A DNA stretch of 64,000 nt, taken from positions 2,073-66,072 of the forward strand of contig CAZIFX010000003.1 of the NCBI GenBank assembly GCA_964538415.1, given 5' to 3'. The notes under the pieces were generated by a model. It was given only the letters and a program-made list of their open reading frames with translations, was not told the origin of the DNA and searched no databases. Position numbers and translations under genes: made by a program. The DNA is from an uncultured Halobellus sp. (GTDB lineage: Archaea; Halobacteriota; Halobacteria; Halobacteriales; Haloferacaceae). Below, in pieces: positions 57,847-64,000 of the stretch. Position 1 is the stretch's first letter. Every line of letters begins with the position of its first letter.

Positions 57847-58309
57847 TCAGCCGGTCCGTCGGCTCTCCCCGTGGGTCCGGGCGGTCAACACCGGAACCTC
57901 GCTGTATCGGACGACTCGCCCGGCGACGGAGCCGGCGGCCGGAAAGCGGCCCGGACCGGTCCGTTCGTGGGTGCCCATCACGATGAGGTCCGCGTCGTAG
58001 TCGTCCGCGGCGTCGTAGTCGTCCGCGGCGTCGAGTATCTCCTCGTGCGGGCTGCCGCGTCGGAGGTGTTTCTCGACCGGGATCCCGCGCTCGGCGCCGG
58101 CCGCCTCCACGGCCTCGACCGCCTCCTCGCCGCGTGCCTCCTCGTGCTCGACGACGACGTCCCACTCGTCCGCGCCCGCGATCCCCTCGCCGACGACGAA
58201 CAGCGTCATGGATCCGCGTGCCCGAGAGGTCCGCGAGGGAACACGCTTGGTCGATCGCCTCCGTGATCCCCGCGCTTCCGTCGGTCGGCACCACGATCTC
58301 GTCATGCAT
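57847..58309 (-). pseudogene. Universal stress protein, frameshifted
   Basis: N-terminus [12 protein letters not shown]...RIH and C-terminus LFVV...DLIVMGTH...GSVAGRVVR lie in different frames; one extra base near 58206. Confidence 0.8.
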
Positions 58310-58436
58310 GCTGTCATGCCGCATGGCGGGCGATCGGGGTCAACCTTCCGCCCGTCGGCGATCATTCGGCTCGACTCGACGGATTCCCAGCCGCCCCGGC
58401 GAACGTTCTATGCCCTTGGAGATGGTAAAGAATGTC

Positions 58437-58694
58437 ATGGCAGGACTCGTTGCTTCGTTGGACCACTTCGGCACCCGCTCGCTCGTCACCCATCTCGGCA
58501 TGGCCATCTCGTTGACGGCCGCGATCCTGATCGGGGTGACGGTGGACTCTCAGGCTGGGTTGGTCTCGTTCGTCGCGCTGTTGAACTTCACCGCAGGGAT
58601 GTGGGTCTGTCAATCGATCCACTCGCTCGGAAACGCGGCCCGGGAGGACGACTACACCGGCGTGCTCAACGAACTGAGAAAGCATGTCCGATAA
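58437..58694 (+). CDS. Small 2-TM hypothetical protein
   Basis: Hydrophobic pair; QSIHSLGN; overlaps the next ORF. Confidence 0.65.
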   Translation: MAGLVASLDHFGTRSLVTHLGMAISLTAAILIGVTVDSQAGLVSFVALLNFTAGMWVCQSIHSLGNAAREDDYTGVLNELRKHVR

Positions 58695-58914
58695 CGGCTC
58701 GTTCGACCGGGGTCGCCTCGGCCGGCTCCTCGCGCTGATCAGCTTCGTGACTGCGGTCTCGCTTCTCACCTCGGCCAGGGTGCTTCCGAGCGCGCTGTTC
58801 TCGCTGGCCGTGGTGGCGATCGGCAGCGTCGCCGTCGTCACCGCCATCATCGGCTTCCTGATCGCCGGCGCGGCTGCGTACGACGAACAGGTGGCCTCGC
58901 GGGAGAATCCCTGA
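58684..58914 (+). CDS. Small 2-TM hypothetical protein
   Basis: Two hydrophobic helices; coupled to the previous ORF. Confidence 0.65.
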   Translation: MSDNGSFDRGRLGRLLALISFVTAVSLLTSARVLPSALFSLAVVAIGSVAVVTAIIGFLIAGAAAYDEQVASRENP

Positions 58915-58966
58915 CCGGACCGATACACCGGCCGACGACGACGGGACCGTGAGGAGCACATCCGCT

Positions 58967-59015
58967 GGCGGACGAGCGCGTTAGCCGGCGGACGGGCGCG
59001 TTAGTTGGCCGACGA
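58967..59015. repeat. 20-bp tandem repeat (about 2.5 copies) between convergent genes
   Basis: GGCGGACG(A/G)GCGCGTTAG units. Confidence 0.8.
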
Positions 59016-59054
59016 ATGGGCGTCGGACGAAAAGGATGGTGCTCGGTTCGGCGC

Positions 59055-59378
59055 TCAGGCGGACGACTCCTCGAACAGCTCGTCGACGGCCTCACCGGCC
59101 GTCTCGGCCGCCTCGCGGGCGACCGCGTCGGGATCGGGTCGGTCGCCCGCGTCGTCGTCCGGTTCGGGGACGTTCAGGTAGACGTCGACGTCGAGGACGC
59201 CTTCCTCGAAGGTCACCGTCACGTCGAGGTCGGCCACCGTCGAGCCGTTATAATGCGAGAAGACGACGCCCTCGGCCGCCTCCGCGGCGGTCCGGACGAC
59301 CTCCTCGTCCGACGGCTCGTCGGCTCCCGTCCGGCTCGAACCGTCGGTCGACTCGTCGCTCGACGCGTCTCGCGTCAT
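59055..59378 (-). CDS. DUF3194-like protein
   Basis: EEVVRTAAEAAEG, DLDVTVTFEEGVLDVDVYL; conserved position after pfdB. Confidence 0.85.
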   Translation of the reverse strand: MTRDASSDESTDGSSRTGADEPSDEEVVRTAAEAAEGVVFSHYNGSTVADLDVTVTFEEGVLDVDVYLNVPEPDDDAGDRPDPDAVAREAAETAGEAVDELFEESSA

Positions 59379-59774
59379 TTACTCGCCGCCGGCACCCGGG
59401 CCGCCTGGTCCCATCGGACCGCCGCCGGCGCCACCCTGAAGCATCTGCTGGAGTTCGCTCTGGAGGCTCTCGAACTGCTCCTGGACGCGCTCCTCCTGCT
59501 TTTTCAGCTGCTCGACGCGAACCTCGAGGGAGTCGACCTTGTTCTCGAGGTCGTCGTGGGCGGACTCGTAGTCGGTCGCGACGAGGATCTCGCCGATCTC
59601 GCGGTACATCTCGGCGTCCTCGTCGACGCCCTCCAGCGCGTCGAGCGCCGTCTTCGACTCGTTGAGCGCGGTCTGTGACTGCTCCTTCTGCTGGGCGACC
59701 TGCTGTGCGGTCTCCTGAAGCTCCTGCAGTTCCTCGATCTTCTCCTGTGCCTCCGGCGGCATATTGCCTTGCAT
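59379..59774 (-). CDS. pfdB: Prefoldin beta subunit
   Basis: [10 protein letters not shown]; coiled coils; [10 protein letters not shown]. Confidence 0.94.
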   Translation of the reverse strand: MQGNMPPEAQEKIEELQELQETAQQVAQQKEQSQTALNESKTALDALEGVDEDAEMYREIGEILVATDYESAHDDLENKVDSLEVRVEQLKKQEERVQEQFESLQSELQQMLQGGAGGGPMGPGGPGAGGE

Positions 59775-59852
59775 ACACGGAGGGTGGTTGCCCGGACGGA
59801 AAAACCCCCGACTTCTCCGACGAGCGGTGGATCTTCGGTTAGAGGCGCTCTC

Positions 59853-60266
59853 TCATGGATCCTCGTCCGTTTTACGGGAGGCATTCGCGGCGGACGACGA
59901 GTCGACCTCGGCGGACGACGAGTCGACCTCGGCGGACGGTGGATCGTTCTCGGCAGACGGCGGATCGTCCCCGGAGGCTGACGAGGCGCCCGCGGAGGAC
60001 GGTCCGGCAGCCGTGGAGACGCGTTCGGCGACCTCGACGAGCCGGGACCAGCTGTTGATTCCGGCGCGCAACGCGACGAGGTCGTCGGCGGCGACGCGAA
60101 CGAGAACCGTCTCCCCGTCGCGGTCGACCGTCGCGGACGAGCGTGCGTCATCGATCTCGCCGACCTCGGGAGCGAGCGCATCGGCGACGGCACGAGCCCG
60201 CGGCTCGTCGGGGTACGAAAAGCGGAGGGCGGCGTCGTGCTCGCGGACAGGTGCGTCGGTGCTCAC
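59853..60266 (-). CDS. pcc1: KEOPS complex subunit Pcc1 with repeat-derived C-terminal tail
   Basis: ADDLVALRAGINSWSRL; synteny rpoP-pcc1-pfdB. Confidence 0.88.
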   Translation of the reverse strand: MSTDAPVREHDAALRFSYPDEPRARAVADALAPEVGEIDDARSSATVDRDGETVLVRVAADDLVALRAGINSWSRLVEVAERVSTAAGPSSAGASSASGDDPPSAENDPPSAEVDSSSAEVDSSSAANASRKTDEDP

Positions 60267-60319
60267 GGTGGCGGGGTGGTGACGTCGGTGCTCACGGTGG
60301 CGGCGCGGTCCCCCGCGCG

Positions 60320-60454
60320 TTATTCGACGTCGACCTCCTTGATCCCGCCGCCGCGTTCCTTCAACAGGACGCGGTGGCCGCAGTACGGACAGCGCACGCC
60401 GCCGTACTCGTCGAGGGTGACGTCGCGCTTACAGCGGGAGCACTTGTAGCTCAT
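60320..60454 (-). CDS. rpoP: RNA polymerase subunit P (Rpo12)
   Basis: Read manually: [44 protein letters not shown]. Confidence 0.95.
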   Translation of the reverse strand: MSYKCSRCKRDVTLDEYGGVRCPYCGHRVLLKERGGGIKEVDVE

Positions 60455-60721
60455 CTATTCCTCGTCCGAGAGGGCGGCGCGGATGGAGCGGCGGACGGTT
60501 CGCCCTCCCGGCGTCTCGGGCCGGTAGGCTCCGCCGGTGAACGTCTCGCCCGTCTCCTCGTTGACCCAAATGCCGGTGCCGACGCGTTTCACGTCGTCGC
60601 CGTCGACGGTCGCGCTGCGCATGTCCTCCTCGATCTCCCGAACGCGCTTGCGAGCGACGCGACCGTAACGGGCGCCGAATCGGCCCGCACTGCCGGTGCT
60701 TCGAGCCTTGTCGTCAGCCAT
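60455..60721 (-). CDS. rpl37ae: 50S ribosomal protein L37ae (eL43)
   Basis: [24 protein letters not shown]. Confidence 0.95.
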   Translation of the reverse strand: MADDKARSTGSAGRFGARYGRVARKRVREIEEDMRSATVDGDDVKRVGTGIWVNEETGETFTGGAYRPETPGGRTVRRSIRAALSDEE

Positions 60722-61090
60722 AGTATCTCCTCATATCCCCAGCGCGCGTAAAAAGGCTACGAGTCGGGGCGGGTCCACGATCGACCACGAGCGCTGGGAG
60801 TGGTCCCGCGTGCAGAGAAGGAGATGTACCCCCACGCCAGTCTTCGAAACGCGGGACCCGACGACGACGACCTCCACGCCCGATAGTGTCCATTTAAGCA
60901 TCGTTCGCGGTCGACGTACTCAACGCCGGCAAGCCTGGGCTGGGGCTCCTGGGCGACACCCTCGCGACTGTGGACGATCGGGTCGTGCGAAACCGATCAC
61001 TTTTGCCGAGTCTAACATATTGGGAAGAACGCTTATCCGTCGATCCCGAGTTCCCTCCTATGACTCCACAGTAGGGACGGGGTCGGAAGC

Positions 61091-61939
61091 ATGGATATCG
61101 CAGTCATACAACACGAGACCGAGCTTGGCGATAAAGATCGGAACGTCGGCCGGTGCGTGAGCCGGCTGGAGGAGGCGGGAGCCGCGGGGGCCGACCTCGC
61201 CGTCCTCCCCGAACTCGCGACCACCGGCTACGCCGCCGGCGAGGCGTTCAAGGACCTCGCGGAGCCGATACCCGGGCCCACTACCGAGGCTTTCGGCGCG
61301 ATCGCGGCCGAACACGACATGTACGTGATCGCCGGCCTCGCCGAGCGCGGCGACGCGGCGGGCGTCTGTTATAACTCCGCCGTCCTGCTTGACCCACACG
61401 GGGACGTCGTCGGCACGTACCGAAAGGCGCACCTCCCGTTGCACGTCCACACGTTCGACTCGCTGATCGAGGAACGAGAGATATTCAGCCCGGGAACGGA
61501 ACTCCCCGTCTTCGAGACGGATCTGGCGACGATCGGAATTCTGATCTGTCAGGACGGGAACTACCCCGAAGCATTCCGCGAACTTGCTCTTAAAGGCGCC
61601 GACGTGATCGTCATCATCTACAACTCACCGACCGGCGAGATGTTGACTCTCCGAAGCCGCGTCTGTGCGTACGTCAATAACACGTACGTGGCGTTGGCGA
61701 ATAAGACCGGAACGGAGCGCTCACGGTACGTCGGCGACCGCACCGAGAACCGCGAGACGGTCGTCGAGTTCACGGGACGGAGCCACGTCGTGGACCCGAC
61801 CGGCGAGATCGTCGAAATGCTCCCGCGTGGGGAGACCGGAATCCTCAACACGACCCTCGACGTCGGCGCGGTCGCCGACGCACGCTGGAAGTACAAGTTC
61901 CTGCGCGACTATCGGAGCGACATTTATGAACACATATAG
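61091..61939 (+). CDS. Carbon-nitrogen hydrolase (nitrilase/amidase family)
   Basis: E-K-C triad: LPEL, YRKAHL, ICQD. Confidence 0.92.
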   Translation: MDIAVIQHETELGDKDRNVGRCVSRLEEAGAAGADLAVLPELATTGYAAGEAFKDLAEPIPGPTTEAFGAIAAEHDMYVIAGLAERGDAAGVCYNSAVLLDPHGDVVGTYRKAHLPLHVHTFDSLIEEREIFSPGTELPVFETDLATIGILICQDGNYPEAFRELALKGADVIVIIYNSPTGEMLTLRSRVCAYVNNTYVALANKTGTERSRYVGDRTENRETVVEFTGRSHVVDPTGEIVEMLPRGETGILNTTLDVGAVADARWKYKFLRDYRSDIYEHI

Positions 61940-61974
61940 CACTAACGACGCCCGGACACGGATGAAAGACGGCC

Positions 61975-62035
61975 AAGCGGACGACCGACACGAAGCGAAC
62001 GACCGACACGAAGCGGACGACCGACACGAAGCGGA
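61975..62035. repeat. 18-bp tandem repeat (about 3.4 copies) flanked by 14-bp direct repeats
   Basis: AAGCG(G/A)ACGACCGACACG x3; AACGACGCCCGGAC at 61944 and 62038. Confidence 0.9.
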
Positions 62036-62059
62036 TGAACGACGCCCGGACGGCCGTAC

Positions 62060-62803
62060 ATGAAACTCGAGGACATGACCTGGCTGGAGGTGGGCGAAAC
62101 GATCGACGACGGCGTCACGACCGTCGTGGTGGGGACCGGAAGCGTCGAGCAACACGGGCCGGCGCTGCCGATGAGCGTCGACACGCTCCGTGCGGGCGCG
62201 CTCGTCGAACGGATCGCCGACGACCTCGGCTGTTTCGCCGGGCCGACCGTCCGGCCGGGGATCTCCGATCACCACCTCGCGTTTCCGGGGACGGTCTCGC
62301 TCAGCCCGGAGACGTTCGCCGACGTCATCGCCGACTACTGTCGGAGCTTCGAGCACCACGGATTCGAACACGTCGCGTTCGTCAACACCCACGGCGGAAA
62401 CGGGGAGACGCTCGCACGGATCACCCGCGAACTCGACGCCGAACACGACATGCACGTGTTCAAGGCCGGATCACGCGAGGAGTTCCTCGAAGTCAGATAT
62501 GGCGCGATGGAGAAACACGGCGTCGACGCCGAATCCGCCGGCGCTCACGCGGGTGCGGCGGAGACCTCCTTCGTGCTCGAATCGGATCGCAAACTCGTGC
62601 GGTCGGACCGGTTCGAACGCGGGTTCGTCGGCGAGGTCGACGGTGAGACGCTGATCGAGGACGGACTCGGCGCCGTCACCGCAAACGGCGTGATCGGGGA
62701 TCAGACGCAGTCGTCTCGACGGGCGGGTCGAACGCTCATCGACGACTGCGTCTCGTACTACGTGGACGCCATCGCCGCCGAGCGTGCCGACCGTCGAGAG
62801 TAG
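62060..62803 (+). CDS. Creatininase-family amidohydrolase
   Basis: MTW, GSVEQHGPALP..D, SDHHLAFPGT, NTHGGN, HAGAAETS. Confidence 0.92.
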   Translation: MKLEDMTWLEVGETIDDGVTTVVVGTGSVEQHGPALPMSVDTLRAGALVERIADDLGCFAGPTVRPGISDHHLAFPGTVSLSPETFADVIADYCRSFEHHGFEHVAFVNTHGGNGETLARITRELDAEHDMHVFKAGSREEFLEVRYGAMEKHGVDAESAGAHAGAAETSFVLESDRKLVRSDRFERGFVGEVDGETLIEDGLGAVTANGVIGDQTQSSRRAGRTLIDDCVSYYVDAIAAERADRRE

Positions 62804-62924
62804 TCCGCCCGACGCCCCTCTTTCGGCCGATCCGTCGTTTCCCGGCGAGCGAACGGTGAATCGCCCCAGGGACCTAATATACTCGAAGGCATCCTTATGC
62901 GATCAATGACGAATCGATCCGTTG

Positions 62925-64000
62925 ATGCAGATCACAGCGATCGAGACGACGAAGATCAGCGTTCCGTACGCCATCGACTTCGACATTGCGGGCGGCGGGA
63001 CGCTCACGGCGGACCACGTGCTCGTGGAGCTCCACACCGACGCGGGCGTCACGGGTATCGGCGAGGCCAGCCCCTCGCCGTTCTTTTCCAGTGAGAGCCA
63101 GGAGACCGTCGCCGCGGTGATAGACGGACACATCGCTCCGGCGCTCGAAGGCGAGGATCCGTCGCAGATCGGCACGATACACCGGCTGATGGACCGGGCG
63201 ATCAAGGGTAATCCGTTCGCGAAGACGGCGGTCGACATGGCGTGTTATGACGCGACCGGCAAGGATCTGGGCATTCCGGTGTCGACGCTGCTCGGCGGGC
63301 GCCACCGTGATCGGATCTCCGTCGGCCAGTCGATCGGCATCAAGGACACGGCCGATGCCGTCGCGGACGCGCGGATGTACGTCGATGACTGGGGATTCAA
63401 CTCGATCAAGATCAAGGTCGGCGGGGACCCGGCGGAGGACCTCGAACGGTCGAAGCGGATCATCGACGAGGTCGGCGACGACGTTCCGGTTCGTATCGAC
63501 GCCAACCAAGGGTTCACCGTCGACGTGGCGATCCCCTTCTTTACCGAGCTCGAGGAGTACGGCGACCTGCTGTTCGTCGAGCAGCCGGTTTCGAAGACGG
63601 ACCTCGTCGGCATGTCACGGGTGACCGGAGCGATCACGACGCCCGTGCTCGCCGACGAGACGGTGTTCGGGCCGACGGACGCCGTGGACGTGATTCGCGA
63701 GCAGGCCGCCGACATCATCAGCATCAAGATCAACAAAGCCGGCGGCCTCTATCGCTCCCAGCAGATCGGCGCGATCGCCGCGGGCGCGGAACTCCCCCTG
63801 GCGATCGGCTCGATGGTCGAGTGCGGCGTCGGGACCGCGGCGGGCGCACAGTTCGCCGCCTCACAGCCGCACGCGACGTATCCCTCCGACGTGAAGGGGC
63901 CGAGCCTCATGGAGGGGTCGATCCTCGAGGAGCCGGTCCGGATCGACGACGGCTACACGTACGTCCCCGACGCCCCCGGACTGGGCGTCGCGCTGGACGA
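62925..64000 (+). CDS. Mandelate racemase/muconate lactonizing enzyme-family protein (runs off the window)
   Basis: Read manually from ATG 62925: MQITAIETT..., TDAGVTGIGE, KIKVG, DANQG, EQP, ADE, KINKAGG. Confidence 0.9.
   Translation, partial: MQITAIETTKISVPYAIDFDIAGGGTLTADHVLVELHTDAGVTGIGEASPSPFFSSESQETVAAVIDGHIAPALEGEDPSQIGTIHRLMDRAIKGNPFAKTAVDMACYDATGKDLGIPVSTLLGGRHRDRISVGQSIGIKDTADAVADARMYVDDWGFNSIKIKVGGDPAEDLERSKRIIDEVGDDVPVRIDANQGFTVDVAIPFFTELEEYGDLLFVEQPVSKTDLVGMSRVTGAITTPVLADETVFGPTDAVDVIREQAADIISIKINKAGGLYRSQQIGAIAAGAELPLAIGSMVECGVGTAAGAQFAASQPHATYPSDVKGPSLMEGSILEEPVRIDDGYTYVPDAPGLGVALD

Noticed and set aside
60893-61060. Possible SRP RNA or other ncRNA after a TTTAAG box
   Set aside because: Only vague 5' resemblance; no SRP helix-8 motif and too little room for a ~300-nt RNA.

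Overview
High-GC haloarchaeal chromosome segment (very acidic proteins, TATA-box/leaderless starts, archaeal core genes; Halorubrum-like by inference). It is mostly core genome: a Rieske-less cytochrome bc (petBD) + halocyanin operon, surE, a cysteine synthase, tRNA-Arg(TCG), a pilB-pilC-pilin operon, a TetR/COG1361/RND module, citrate synthase, PINA ATPase, a presenilin homologue, a GH68 fructosyltransferase, priL, an RFC paralogue, tRNA-Val(TAC), UDP-glucose dehydrogenase, TrmB + alpha-amylase, a squalene/phytoene synthase, the rpl37ae-rpoP-pcc1-pfdB operon and the start of a nitrilase/creatininase/enolase-superfamily catabolic cluster. The most unusual material is a set of three IS200/IS605-family objects within about 8 kb. 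(i) An ORF-less 624-bp element (4925-5548) with both ends intact, filled with nested base-paired stems: a TnpB omega-RNA-like right half and an unexplained multi-stem left half. (ii) A complete tnpA+tnpB element whose TnpB has a rearranged RuvC-II site. (iii) A ~50-bp solo hybrid IS end. Family names are from motif recognition and memory; no database searches or folding programs were run.
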